Below are positions 1-8,845 of a stretch of 59,528 nt of DNA, in pieces. This DNA comes from a virus. Lineage: Duplodnaviria; Caudoviricetes. Within the stretch, counting starts at the first letter, position 1, and the number at the start of each line of letters is the position of its first letter. Where the stretch lies: positions 1 to 59,528 of the IMG/VR virus record IMGVR_UViG_3300003885_000003. One strand, 5' to 3'. A program made the translations under genes and the position numbers. The notes beneath the pieces were generated by a model. That model worked only from the letters and a program-made list of their open reading frames with translations. It searched no databases and was not told the origin of the DNA.

Positions 1-91
1 ATATGGAAGCACATGGGTGGGGGGATCATGTATACTATAGTTAGATTTTGAGACATTAACCAATAGGAGCAAGTAAAATGAATGAACCAAT
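1..91. repeat. Terminal direct repeat / assembly overlap, copy 1
   Basis: Positions 1-91 are identical to 59438-59528, indicating a circular or circularly permuted complete genome. Confidence 0.95.
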
Positions 92-344
92 CGCAACAAA
101 AACAAACGAACCGCAGGATACCACTCATTACCTAATCAACGCAGACGATCTATCTGAAAAAAGCCATCAGAAAAAGACATTGAGTATTTTTTTAAGGAAC
201 GACAATACCAAAATGTATCTGGGAGGAACCACTTACCAGTACAGCATCTGGGCAGTTCGCACTGTAAATGGTATTGAGATTTGGCATATACCATTCGATT
301 TTTCGGGCCGTTGGGTAAATGCAAAAAAGCGGAGTTGGAATTAA
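78..344 (+). CDS. Hypothetical protein (cassette 1)
   Basis: SD AGGAG at 65-69, TATACT box at 31-36, terminator downstream. Confidence 0.7.
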   Translation: MNEPIATKTNEPQDTTHYLINADDLSEKSHQKKTLSIFLRNDNTKMYLGGTTYQYSIWAVRTVNGIEIWHIPFDFSGRWVNAKKRSWN

Positions 345-360
345 AACGAGATTGTTTTCT

Positions 361-396
361 AAATCCCCGGCTGACCCCCTCAGCCGGGGATTTTTG
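361..396 (+). terminator. Intrinsic terminator of the CCCCGGCTGA/TCAGCCGGGG family
   Basis: aaatccccggctga-ccccc-tcagccggggattttt hairpin with U tract; homologous hairpins at 3301 and 41736. Confidence 0.85.
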
Positions 397-399
397 CGT

Positions 400-966
400 T
401 TACCCTACCACGTTAACATCGACTGACTTACTGTTTTGGCCTGGTACATACGTATACCCCGGCAAGCCGCTAACGGCCGCATACTGCCACAGCTTGTAGC
501 TCGTCCAGGGACGGGGAATCAGCGGCGCAGCAATATCCCAATTCGCCACCCACAACGGATGAAGGTCAGCAAACGCAGGATCGTACCATTTTATTTCGCC
601 TTCCCACGTACCGACATTCGTATAGATGCCTATGTTTTCTCGTGTCAGATAAAAATATTGATCAACGAAATCGCGAACCATCGGCCAGGTGGGGATGCCA
701 AGCTCAGACGTTTCCACATCTAGCCAGTCACCAAGCCGCCCTGGGGTGCGAGTGTCTACGAAGTTCTTGGCCTGAGCCGCATGATTAACGTCGGGGTAGA
801 GGAAATGGTAGCTGCCATGTGAGGTATATTCTTGCACTTGTGGCAGCCACTGGCTGTAGGTTGTATCATTTGCCAAGCCGATTGTTGCTCGCAAAACGAA
901 CCCGCGCACTTTGCCGGCCGTTGTCATTTCTTTGAAGTCAATTGTGTCAGCGATGTATTTGCTCAT
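400..966 (-). CDS. GH25 muramidase (endolysin), C-terminal part lacking the first beta-strand
   Basis: IDF...RAT.G, GSYHF, WLDVE (D-x-E), GIYT, LWVANW, LWQY and VDVN motifs; the N-terminal D-x-S-x-WQ motif is absent here but ends ORF 3338..4738; ATG at 966 follows TGGTATACT. Confidence 0.85.
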   Translation of the reverse strand: MSKYIADTIDFKEMTTAGKVRGFVLRATIGLANDTTYSQWLPQVQEYTSHGSYHFLYPDVNHAAQAKNFVDTRTPGRLGDWLDVETSELGIPTWPMVRDFVDQYFYLTRENIGIYTNVGTWEGEIKWYDPAFADLHPLWVANWDIAAPLIPRPWTSYKLWQYAAVSGLPGYTYVPGQNSKSVDVNVVG

Positions 967-1003
967 GAGAGTAGTATACCAGATTTCCAACTTAACATAA
1001 AAG

Positions 1004-1069
1004 TGTATCCTACTTTACAGTAAAGGTGTAAAGTAGTTTATAGAGATGGGGGATAGGATCGTTTATACT
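1004..1069 (+). promoter_or_regulatory. Tandem TGTA-N8-TACA boxes plus TATACT -10 (cassette 2 promoter)
   Basis: tgtatcctactttaca 1004-1019, tgtaaagtagtttata 1027-1042, TATACT 1064-1069; same layout at 34796 and 42604. Confidence 0.75.
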
Positions 1070-1106
1070 GTAGTTAGTTAGCAATTAGGTTAACTGAATC
1101 GGAGAA

Positions 1107-1328
1107 ATGGAAATGACAAAAGTAACATTAGAAGAAAGCGGCTACGAAATCGAAATCACAAAAGAAATGATAAATGAAATGGCGCAATATGGTGATACAC
1201 CAAGCGATTGGGGTACAGAGGTAGAAAATTGCGTATGGGTGAGCGTAGATTACGCAAAAGGCGACCCACACTGGGACATCCCGGAGGGGTATCCAGAATA
1301 TCTTCCACTCTGGGAAGAACGTATTTAA
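1107..1328 (+). CDS. Small acidic hypothetical protein
   Basis: GGAG SD; first gene after the cassette promoter. Confidence 0.7.
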   Translation: MEMTKVTLEESGYEIEITKEMINEMAQYGDTPSDWGTEVENCVWVSVDYAKGDPHWDIPEGYPEYLPLWEERI

Positions 1329-1371
1329 TTTATTCTCTCCCTTTTGAAGATTTATTTGAAATTGTGTACCT

Positions 1372-2049
1372 ATGAGTAAATTTGCAAAGGTATGGAATTC
1401 GTCCGCGTCACTAGACGAATTCCTAGAAAAGTATCCCAAAGAAATCAAGCGCAGCAGCGCATATTCAATAGCATCCCGACTAAGAAAACAGGGAGAAGAA
1501 TTAAAATACTTCAATCCTAGATACAGAGAACGGGAGCATGAAAAGAAAGATGCATTCATATATCTCTGGAATTCGTGTGCATCACTAGATGAATTCCTGG
1601 AAAAGTACCCAGGAAATATTAGGAATGACAGCGCACGCTCAAGAGCCTCTTTGCTCAGGAGAGAGGGGCACGAGTTACAATATTGGCGCGATGCGGACAA
1701 TCTACCAATTGCAAAGCTGCGCGATTGGTACACGGCAGCCGAAGCAAGAGAGATGTTTGGCTGGACATCGCGAGCGATTGTTAGCCAAACGGCGAGCCGC
1801 GAAAAGTGGACAAGCGGCAAGATCGGAGGATCGAAATTATATTGGCGTATAGACGTTGATGATTATTGGTTTGCCCGCCAGCGCCGAGAGTTGGCAAAAC
1901 GGGTAGACTGGCTAAATCCAGGTAGCACCCTAATCAGACATGATGATTGGGACATGGATTGCCCAAAGTGTGGGGCATTCGCCATCGGACACTACGGAAA
2001 TAATTGGGTTTGCGTGCGAGGGCACGCAGAAAATAAAGATAATGAATAA
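1372..2049 (+). CDS. Multi-domain DNA-binding protein (duplicated HTH-like repeat, excisionase-like HTH, Zn ribbon)
   Basis: Two copies of WNSxASLDEFLEKYP...AS.LR..G.EL; WYTAAEAREMFG HTH; CPKC...C..GH. Confidence 0.65.
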   Translation: MSKFAKVWNSSASLDEFLEKYPKEIKRSSAYSIASRLRKQGEELKYFNPRYREREHEKKDAFIYLWNSCASLDEFLEKYPGNIRNDSARSRASLLRREGHELQYWRDADNLPIAKLRDWYTAAEAREMFGWTSRAIVSQTASREKWTSGKIGGSKLYWRIDVDDYWFARQRRELAKRVDWLNPGSTLIRHDDWDMDCPKCGAFAIGHYGNNWVCVRGHAENKDNE

Positions 2050-2061
2050 TGGAGAAAGATT

Positions 2062-2262
2062 ATGAATGATAAGATTTTACCATCTTTGCCCATATTTCCC
2101 CGCAATCATCAGGAAGTGCAATTTGCACTCCTTCATCCCCACGCGCAACTTACAGCGTATGCTGTTCCAGCATACGATAATTGGGACGGAGGTATACAGG
2201 ATATGCAGATGTGTGCCTATAGTTTTCAGTTGGGTGCATGGAGCGAATGGGAACCGGTATAA
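2062..2262 (+). CDS. Hypothetical protein
   Basis: GGAG SD; in operon. Confidence 0.6.
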   Translation: MNDKILPSLPIFPRNHQEVQFALLHPHAQLTAYAVPAYDNWDGGIQDMQMCAYSFQLGAWSEWEPV

Positions 2263-2274
2263 GCGGGAAAAGGG

Positions 2275-2680
2275 CGCTGCCAAATTAGCAGCCAAGCCGG
2301 GGGCATTGTACCCGGCAAAGGAAATAAAATGTATTTTTCATGGAGATTTTCAGGGGTATTGTTAGAAAAAAGCGGCCGATTTGTCTATACGCAAGTTGCA
2401 GAGACACCGCCAATAGGCACATTGTGCGAGTTCGTTGATGGGGGACTAGCAATGGCCCCCATCAAGGGGACGCCGTCACAGTACGATTGCGACATGGGGC
2501 GAAACGGACTGCGAGGCCGCGCACACGGAACGCAAATGAAGAGCGGGGGGGCATTTAAGTTTATGGGGGAGAGAAAGGGTGAATTTTGGTTCCGCGATGA
2601 GGAAGGCAGAGTTCCGAATTACTGGCTCAAAGATACGCTGCCAAATTAGCAGCCAAGCCGGGGGCATTGTACCCGGCAAA
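2275..2680 (+). repeat. 45-bp perfect direct repeat (2275-2319 and 2636-2680) flanking one gene
   Basis: cgctgccaaattagcagccaagccgggggcattgtacccggcaaa occurs twice. Confidence 0.9.
2329..2649 (+). CDS. Hypothetical protein
   Basis: AAGGA SD; bounded by the 45-bp repeats. Confidence 0.55.
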   Translation: MYFSWRFSGVLLEKSGRFVYTQVAETPPIGTLCEFVDGGLAMAPIKGTPSQYDCDMGRNGLRGRAHGTQMKSGGAFKFMGERKGEFWFRDEEGRVPNYWLKDTLPN

Positions 2681-2691
2681 ATGATATTGAC

Positions 2692-3075
2692 ATGACTAAT
2701 TACTACAGTTGGAAAGTTGACGAGGACACAGTTATTGAGGATTTCGATTGGGCAATAGAAGCTGCCGAGGGTATCGCAAAATCGCTGGCGGGAGCGCAAA
2801 ATTCGCCAGAAGGCGGCCATGACAAGGAACGATGGCTGAACATGGCAAAAGACATATATGATGATCTCTATGACAGCCTAAGCTGGCGGGCAGACTTCAC
2901 AGCTTCAGATGTGTTCCCTGTGATTTGCGAAGCATTCGCAGAGACGTGCAGAGCGTTGGGCATAACCCCTATACCAGATTTCGCTAAGTTAAATCTGAAA
3001 ACAGAGTACATCCCGACTTACGAACCGGGAATGTCATTTGCACAGATAGCGAGAGGAGAGGGTCGTGATTTTTAA
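2692..3075 (+). CDS. Hypothetical protein
   Basis: 127-aa ORF in operon. Confidence 0.7.
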   Translation: MTNYYSWKVDEDTVIEDFDWAIEAAEGIAKSLAGAQNSPEGGHDKERWLNMAKDIYDDLYDSLSWRADFTASDVFPVICEAFAETCRALGITPIPDFAKLNLKTEYIPTYEPGMSFAQIARGEGRDF

Positions 3076-3107
3076 CAATAAAATAAAATACATTAGGGGG
3101 TGTTAAA

Positions 3108-3278
3108 ATGATTGTTTTTCAGGTGTATTTAATTGGTGTCGCTCTGTTTTTTGTCATTGCATACCGCATGAAACTAAGTGACGAAAAACCGCTGCGTAGT
3201 GCATTGTTTTTTGCAATACTATGGCCGGTGATGGCCCCGGCATGGGGGTTTTTAATGGTAGTGGAGTGGGCAACGTGA
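3108..3278 (+). CDS. Small membrane protein (56 aa, not in ORF track)
   Basis: MIVFQVYLIGVALFFVIAYRM...ALFFAILWPVMAPAWGFLMVVEWAT; G-rich SD upstream; terminator follows. Confidence 0.6.
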   Translation: MIVFQVYLIGVALFFVIAYRMKLSDEKPLRSALFFAILWPVMAPAWGFLMVVEWAT

Positions 3279-3300
3279 TACCAGCATAGTGCAGTTTAAT

Positions 3301-3334
3301 GACCCCGGCTGACACACTCAGCCGGGGCTTTTTT
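3301..3334 (+). terminator. Intrinsic terminator ending cassette 2
   Basis: ccccggctga-cacac-tcagccgggg followed by cttttt. Confidence 0.85.
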
Positions 3335-3337
3335 GCG

Positions 3338-4738
3338 TCATACTTTCCGCGCTTGCCAGTATGACAAATCAACCACTTTATCACCCGCCTGTAACCCGCC
3401 ATCCGGCTCCGTAAACCACTGCACATCAGACCAAATTGGCCTAACAGTATAATAAACACGACGCGGCAAATAACCGTTGATTGTTTCTGCTGCCTGTGAA
3501 GCGAATTGAATGCCGTCTACAGTAGACCAGAATTCTGACTGGACTGGCGTAAATCCATCAGCAAATATAGCGGCTTGTAATGCCGCATTCGGATTGAGGC
3601 TGATTGTTTGTAATTCTACAGATTCATTCCATAGTGCCTGCTGCCAGCTTTCGTCCGGGGGTGGCGGGTCGGTCGGGTAGGGGTAGTTGCGTGATAAGTC
3701 AGCAACTGCGTTCATGTGAGGCTGCGCTAACTCAAAATACTTCCACAATGTGCCAGGCCCACCACTGGTAAAAATTACACTACCTTTTACACGGCCGTCC
3801 CGATATGCGGCCGTCGTTGTTGCGTTGTCTAGCCAGTATTTTAGCACAGCTAGATACCGGTCGATGTCACCATTAAGCGCCTCAGGATGCCGCCAGCCGC
3901 CTTGGGGGTCGAGCCATCCCGACCAGTCAGGCGAAGCGTCGCGCACTACACCTGATTCACCAAATATCCAATCAGGACGCACTCCTGCTGCGGCAAACGA
4001 TTTATCCATTGTTTCCCAACGGCCAGAGTAAAAAGACCACTCGCCAGGCATAACAACATCAGGTTCACTTCGGTCTCGCACGTTGTCTCGTGTAGCCGCC
4101 TGCACATCTAATTCTAGTTGCATTACATATAATTCGTCTGGCGTTTCATGAAAACTAGCACGGGGCGCATTATGATGATAATTATGTGGACTATATTTAG
4201 TACTAGGCGGCATTAAGCCAGTATGATTCCGAACTGGTATATACGGATGATAGCCTAGCAGTGCATCATACATTACGGCCGCCTGAGCTACATCAAGCGG
4301 AATGTCGTTGCCGACGGCCGTCTCTGCGAGAATCATACGAATGTGGGCCAGTTCAGGTTCCTTTCGGTACTCCTCGTACCATACTTTTGCCATTGCTGTA
4401 TGGAGTGAGACCCACCGGATTCGCTCGCTGGCATCCTGGCTGTTGGAAAAAGTCTCGTTGTATTCCTGGATGTAATCGACGTACTGAGCCTCACGCCGGA
4501 ACGTGCCATCGACGAAATTGTTCAGCCAGTCGCGTGCGGGCTGTTCAAAGTCAGCACCAAACGGCGGCAGTGGTTGGTCACCTACCCACCGATACCAGGT
4601 TTTGATCCCTGGGTTCGCCTGCTTTGCTTCACGGCATCGCTCAACACCGAATAGAAACTTCACCACTGCACCCGCGGGCAGCTTCGCCACCGCTTTCGGC
4701 CAATCTTGCGGGCTGTTCTGGATATGAAAACCAATCAT
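3338..4738 (-). CDS. Modular endolysin N-part: glycoside hydrolase-like TIM barrel, Pro linker, accessory domain and first strand of GH25
   Basis: YNE, GYHPY and FGESG motifs typical of clan GH-A; PYPTDPPPP linker; ends VVDLSYWQARKV. Confidence 0.7.
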   Translation of the reverse strand: MIGFHIQNSPQDWPKAVAKLPAGAVVKFLFGVERCREAKQANPGIKTWYRWVGDQPLPPFGADFEQPARDWLNNFVDGTFRREAQYVDYIQEYNETFSNSQDASERIRWVSLHTAMAKVWYEEYRKEPELAHIRMILAETAVGNDIPLDVAQAAVMYDALLGYHPYIPVRNHTGLMPPSTKYSPHNYHHNAPRASFHETPDELYVMQLELDVQAATRDNVRDRSEPDVVMPGEWSFYSGRWETMDKSFAAAGVRPDWIFGESGVVRDASPDWSGWLDPQGGWRHPEALNGDIDRYLAVLKYWLDNATTTAAYRDGRVKGSVIFTSGGPGTLWKYFELAQPHMNAVADLSRNYPYPTDPPPPDESWQQALWNESVELQTISLNPNAALQAAIFADGFTPVQSEFWSTVDGIQFASQAAETINGYLPRRVYYTVRPIWSDVQWFTEPDGGLQAGDKVVDLSYWQARKV

Positions 4739-4785
4739 TATTTTAATCCTCTCTAATATGTAAACCAACAGATAGCTAGAATTAT

Positions 4786-5121
4786 TTAACAGCTAAAACG
4801 GTTTGCTAAGTGAACTTCGTTTACCCACTTTTCCAATTCACATGTCCACTCACCATCATGAAATCTGATGATGTCGCCGCTTACTTCTTTGTATACATTG
4901 CATGCTACACCGTATTTGTTACGTAATGTAACATTTAACGATTGGTAATAATGCTGTACACAATCAACCATCTTTTTCTCATCCATCCAGAATACAGCCA
5001 TTTCACCACGTTCGTTAGAGCTGATATGTTGTTCACATGCTCCAACTTTCAGTACTTCCCGCGCATTTCGCGGTACATGTTTTTTTCGTGCAATCTGCCT
5101 GCACTTTTTTTGCTCAGACAT
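4786..5121 (-). CDS. Hypothetical protein
   Basis: GGAGG SD; in late operon. Confidence 0.7.
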   Translation of the reverse strand: MSEQKKCRQIARKKHVPRNAREVLKVGACEQHISSNERGEMAVFWMDEKKMVDCVQHYYQSLNVTLRNKYGVACNVYKEVSGDIIRFHDGEWTCELEKWVNEVHLANRFSC

Positions 5122-5130
5122 AATAACCTC

Positions 5131-6306
5131 CTACCGGTTATTGCTATCTGTTGGTTTCAGTTTTGTAAAAATCTTGCCCATTTCAGTTATCGGCCCTGAG
5201 CCGTTTCCCTCACTCAAATCGGCAAATCGTTCGTCTCCAGCGTACATTGCCCACCGGTTTACGGCCGTAAATCCGTCTGTCCCGTCGTAAATTTGCTGTA
5301 AGCAGTCGGCACTTGCTGCGTCGTTTTTGCCGCAGGGCGATTTTGAATTGCGAGTGAAGCCAATCTCTGTTAGCCATAGTTGCTGGTCACGGCAGTACGG
5401 CCGTTCATTGCATAGGTCCAAAAACTGTTCATACTCATCTACGTAGCGGCTCACTCGCTCACGATCAAGGTTGCCCACGCCAATTTTGCCATTCAGATCG
5501 AACGCTGGGTAAACGTGGAATCCAATGCCGACCACTTCAGGAGCAAGTATACCATATGCAGCAACGAACTGGTCGAGCCATTTGGAGCCTGTAAATGAAT
5601 TGTGCGCGTTGCTGTTGCCTAGAATGACACGATAATCAATGCCTGCGTATTTCTCTGCTATTTGCTCACGATACCATACGGCGGCATCCTCTGGCGCAGT
5701 GCCGCATTGCCCAAAACTGCGCCAGACCTCACATTCATTGAATACTAGCACATAGTTACCTGGCGCACACAGCGCCTCCTCAAACTGTGCCCTGGTTGGT
5801 GTTGTTGGATGTTTGTCCGGACGAAGCTGAATGATATGTTCGTAGTCTGGCAACTCGCAAGCGTAGTTGTCCCCGTTTGCACCCCAAACGTACTGCCACG
5901 TGCTGCCCAAATCGTTACGTCTGAAATCCACCTGAGAACGGCCGCCAGGCACAAAGCCGAACGCCGCCCCCCTCCGTGCTGTGCTTTGTGGCCCTCTGGT
6001 CGGTGTGGGCGCCGGCGTGTTCGTAGGTCGCAGCGTAGGCGTAGGCTGTGGCGTGTTTGTGGCAACGGCCGTAGGCAGTGGGGTCGATGTAACATCCGGG
6101 GGACAATCGGCAAACGTAACGACCTGTACGCCGTCCTCAGAGTATGTGATCGTAGTGTCTGATTTACATTCAGCGCTGACCGGATTGTAGGCCGTTACGC
6201 TGTTGATATGATTGGTGGATGGCTGTGGCTCATCATTTTCTGAGCGACAACCAACCACGACAAATAACAGCACAGCAAAAAAGACAATTGCATACCTACG
6301 CTTCAT
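5131..6306 (-). CDS. Lipoprotein with Thr/Pro linker and GH-A (GH128-like) glycoside hydrolase domain
   Basis: Signal peptide ending VVVGC; PT-rich linker; VFNE acid/base and LWLTEIG nucleophile motifs; GFHVYP. Confidence 0.75.
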   Translation of the reverse strand: MKRRYAIVFFAVLLFVVVGCRSENDEPQPSTNHINSVTAYNPVSAECKSDTTITYSEDGVQVVTFADCPPDVTSTPLPTAVATNTPQPTPTLRPTNTPAPTPTRGPQSTARRGAAFGFVPGGRSQVDFRRNDLGSTWQYVWGANGDNYACELPDYEHIIQLRPDKHPTTPTRAQFEEALCAPGNYVLVFNECEVWRSFGQCGTAPEDAAVWYREQIAEKYAGIDYRVILGNSNAHNSFTGSKWLDQFVAAYGILAPEVVGIGFHVYPAFDLNGKIGVGNLDRERVSRYVDEYEQFLDLCNERPYCRDQQLWLTEIGFTRNSKSPCGKNDAASADCLQQIYDGTDGFTAVNRWAMYAGDERFADLSEGNGSGPITEMGKIFTKLKPTDSNNR

Positions 6307-6496
6307 CAGCAGGCTTTGCAATTAGCGTGAAGGCAAAAGGTATCATTCCTTCATCATTGAAGCTGCCAAGCTCCAAGACGCGGACAAATGAACCTTGAAA
6401 CATGGTTTTCTCTGCCCATCCCTCAATTGCCTTCGCCACATCTTCTCTGGTTAGTTCTAAGTTTGCTTGCGCTCGTTTTAGACTTTCTGCCATCAT
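6296..6496 (-). CDS. Hypothetical protein
   Basis: Overlaps neighbours at both ends; GGAG SD. Confidence 0.6.
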   Translation of the reverse strand: MMAESLKRAQANLELTREDVAKAIEGWAEKTMFQGSFVRVLELGSFNDEGMIPFAFTLIAKPADEA

Positions 6497-6795
6497 TCAA
6501 TCTCCTTTGAAACTATTACGGCCGCTTTGCCATCTGCCGTTCGTGGTGCTGCCATCGGGGTCACTCGCTGCCGTGCAAACCACGCCGAAATAATAGGAAT
6601 AGCCATTGCCACCAGCGGCACGATTATCGTCACAAAATTTTCAATACTACTGATTTGCTCTTGGTTCAGGTTCAGCCAGCCGAGCGCAACAGCCATTATT
6701 ATACCGGTAATTATACCGGCAATGACAGCCGTCGTCATCACTGGCTCACGTGTAAGTTTTAATTTCATTTTTTCTGTTCGTGTTAGTTCTTCCAT
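6493..6795 (-). CDS. Holin-like two-TM membrane protein
   Basis: EPV...two hydrophobic helices...WFARQRVTP, a pattern seen in actinophage-type holins; lies upstream of the lysins. Confidence 0.65.
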   Translation of the reverse strand: MEELTRTEKMKLKLTREPVMTTAVIAGIITGIIMAVALGWLNLNQEQISSIENFVTIIVPLVAMAIPIISAWFARQRVTPMAAPRTADGKAAVIVSKEIE

Positions 6796-6803
6796 CGTTT
6801 CTC

Positions 6804-7166
6804 CTATACCAAATAACCAAAAACGTCTATCACGGCCGTACATGCGGCCGTTGTGCCTGTGTTCACTGTGATTTGAAAAGTAGCTGCTGCTACTTGCTCT
6901 GTGAATTTTGTGTTGTTGCCATCAAGGACTATGTAATCTGTGCCAAGTGTGGTCAAACTGGACAGATCAACAGTCTGCTTCCAGTTCGTAAAATCGTAGT
7001 CCGTGCCACCGGCCATACTCGCAGAGGGGTCACGGATGACCACATGTGTGATATACGCTACTTTCGCAATTGGCACAGTGTACAGCGTCGTCGATGCGGC
7101 CGTTTTCATATCTACGGCCGGGGTGCTACTCAGTAGCGTTATCGCGTTTTCTCTCAGGTCAGCCAT
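6804..7166 (-). CDS. Putative virion structural protein
   Basis: TTLYTVP beta-rich motif; in late operon. Confidence 0.6.
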   Translation of the reverse strand: MADLRENAITLLSSTPAVDMKTAASTTLYTVPIAKVAYITHVVIRDPSASMAGGTDYDFTNWKQTVDLSSLTTLGTDYIVLDGNNTKFTEQVAAATFQITVNTGTTAACTAVIDVFGYLV

Positions 7167-7402
7167 ACTATTTCTCCATTGTGCGTCACTACATCTCCAT
7201 TGTTTACTAGCGCCATATCAAGGCCGTGAACACGCAGCAGGTTATTACCATCGAATATGAGCAGATCGTTGGTATCTGTCGTCCAGTGAGGTTCACCCTC
7301 AACGGCCGTTAAAATCGTACCTTTTGCAGCAATATTTGACGATAGCCCACTCTTGAATTGTATCTGAAAATCGGTGTCATACAGTTTATTGGTCATCGGC
7401 AT
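7154..7402 (-). CDS. Short tail-fibre-like protein (hyaluronidase/Mtd N-terminal-like)
   Basis: IQFKSG...EGEPHWTTDTNDLLIFDG motif. Confidence 0.6.
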   Translation of the reverse strand: MPMTNKLYDTDFQIQFKSGLSSNIAAKGTILTAVEGEPHWTTDTNDLLIFDGNNLLRVHGLDMALVNNGDVVTHNGEIVWLT

Positions 7403-7950
7403 ATCAACCAGGATATTTCAGCTTTCGCTCTGTGCCGATTATTCATAGCAATCAAGTCTACCTTTTCCTGCTGATTTAATTTAGAATTCAAAGCGCCGGT
7501 TTTTGAACCCATGCTGACATTGAATTGATCTATCAGTTCGATGTCATAATCGCTTGTGGGTGACGACGATAATGGGAAAAAGAACGAATAGAGCCGAGCG
7601 CCAATCACAACGGGAACAGGCCGTTCATCGTGGGGTGGGAACGGATCGTCATCCCCATCGCTGAGTGGGTTGGATTCGCTTGGAGATGGTATAACAAGCC
7701 ACACGTCCTCAGCTTTCTTTTTTAGTCTATTGTCAAGACTATTCAAAAATTGCTTCTCGTACTGATTCAAGTGGTCTGGTTCAGGAAACAAGTCACCCGA
7801 CTTCAATTCAAGTAAGTTTTTGCGCTGGTCAAGAATGCTTATCGAATATGACACAACCTTGTTTTCTCCAACTGACAATGTATATACGGTATCGCCAATC
7901 GCGTCTGGTATCGCCGTTTCAAAGCCTGGTGGGAATGGTTCATTTGCCAT
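7393..7950 (-). CDS. Hypothetical protein with an internal domain duplication
   Basis: Two copies of PFPP..E..P..IG...Y...DQ...K.G.L...LNQ.EK...KAE..WL; AGGAAGG SD before MANEP. Confidence 0.65.
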   Translation of the reverse strand: MANEPFPPGFETAIPDAIGDTVYTLSVGENKVVSYSISILDQRKNLLELKSGDLFPEPDHLNQYEKQFLNSLDNRLKKKAEDVWLVIPSPSESNPLSDGDDDPFPPHDERPVPVVIGARLYSFFFPLSSSPTSDYDIELIDQFNVSMGSKTGALNSKLNQQEKVDLIAMNNRHRAKAEISWLICR

Positions 7951-7969
7951 AATTACCCTTCCTATTATA

Positions 7970-8845
7970 TCAATTTGAGCCGGCATTGAACGCCGGGGAA
8001 TCTAGTTGCAAATTAAAGTTTTTGTTTGCCGGATCAACGAGTAGAGGATTTACAATAATGCTACCCGCTCCCAAAGCCGGCGCATTATCTAATAAATACA
8101 AGCAGGAATATGTTATATTAGTTGTCAAGTACCCCTCTGCTCCCCAATCCAAATTACTACCTCGTTGAACATCTATAATTGTATTTTTGATGTTCAATAT
8201 TCCTTGTCCCGTAATAAACAGTTTATCCAATTTCTCTGCTGAATTGTCGAGTAGCGAAAAAACACACCCTAGTATATTAAAAACCGAAGCTGGCCCTGCA
8301 TATATCTCAAAAATCGCCGCATCTGTCACCCCAGATCGTCCAATAATGTCATAAAACAAACAGTTATTCCAAGTATTAGTCATGGTTTTGTTTGACCAAT
8401 TAGAGACAGTCGAAAATAGTGACATTCTTATTCCGGTGGTTAATCTAATCTTGGTAAAAATGCAATTATTAAAAACAAGAGTTCCGACAGAAGCGTTTCC
8501 AGTAGTTACTGAGAATAACGACCCGCTAAGAACTGCATTTTGAAAAGTTATGTTACTAAAGTTCATTATCAGTCCACTGTTACCCATCGCATATAAAACC
8601 GTGTTTGACGCGGCGTCAAACACGGCCCCGCTCGCATTGGGTTTTTCACCTTGTATCGTTAAAGACTTTGTAAATGTCTGATTCGCAAACGTATATGCTG
8701 CCGTGCTGTTCTGGCAAATAATCGTATCACCACTAGCGGCTGAGGTATGCGCTTTTGCAATCGTTAACCAGGGTAAACTACTGCTACCATCACCCGGTGC
8801 CGAATCGTTGCCGGTGTCAGCATTCAAGTAATAAGTCGGCATCAA
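7970..8845 (-). CDS. Right-handed beta-helix (pectin lyase-like) tail spike / depolymerase
   Basis: YYLNADTGND...PWLTIAKA...SGDTI N-terminus; Asn-rich rungs; NPLLVDPANKNFNLQLDSPA C-terminus. Confidence 0.75.
   Translation of the reverse strand: MMPTYYLNADTGNDSAPGDGSSSLPWLTIAKAHTSAASGDTIICQNSTAAYTFANQTFTKSLTIQGEKPNASGAVFDAASNTVLYAMGNSGLIMNFSNITFQNAVLSGSLFSVTTGNASVGTLVFNNCIFTKIRLTTGIRMSLFSTVSNWSNKTMTNTWNNCLFYDIIGRSGVTDAAIFEIYAGPASVFNILGCVFSLLDNSAEKLDKLFITGQGILNIKNTIIDVQRGSNLDWGAEGYLTTNITYSCLYLLDNAPALGAGSIIVNPLLVDPANKNFNLQLDSPAFNAGSN

Noticed and set aside
1-91. Biological terminal repeat marking packaging ends
   Set aside because: It cuts within a gene and promoter and is more simply an assembler overlap; it cannot be distinguished without reads
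970-3350. Group I or II intron as the explanation for the lysin interruption
   Set aside because: The insert is filled with opposite-strand genes up to both ends; no intron core, maturase or homing endonuclease was recognised
7950-7990. Frameshift fusing the beta-helix gene to the next ORF
   Set aside because: The downstream ORF has its own SD (AGGAAGG) and ATG at 7950; no slippery site
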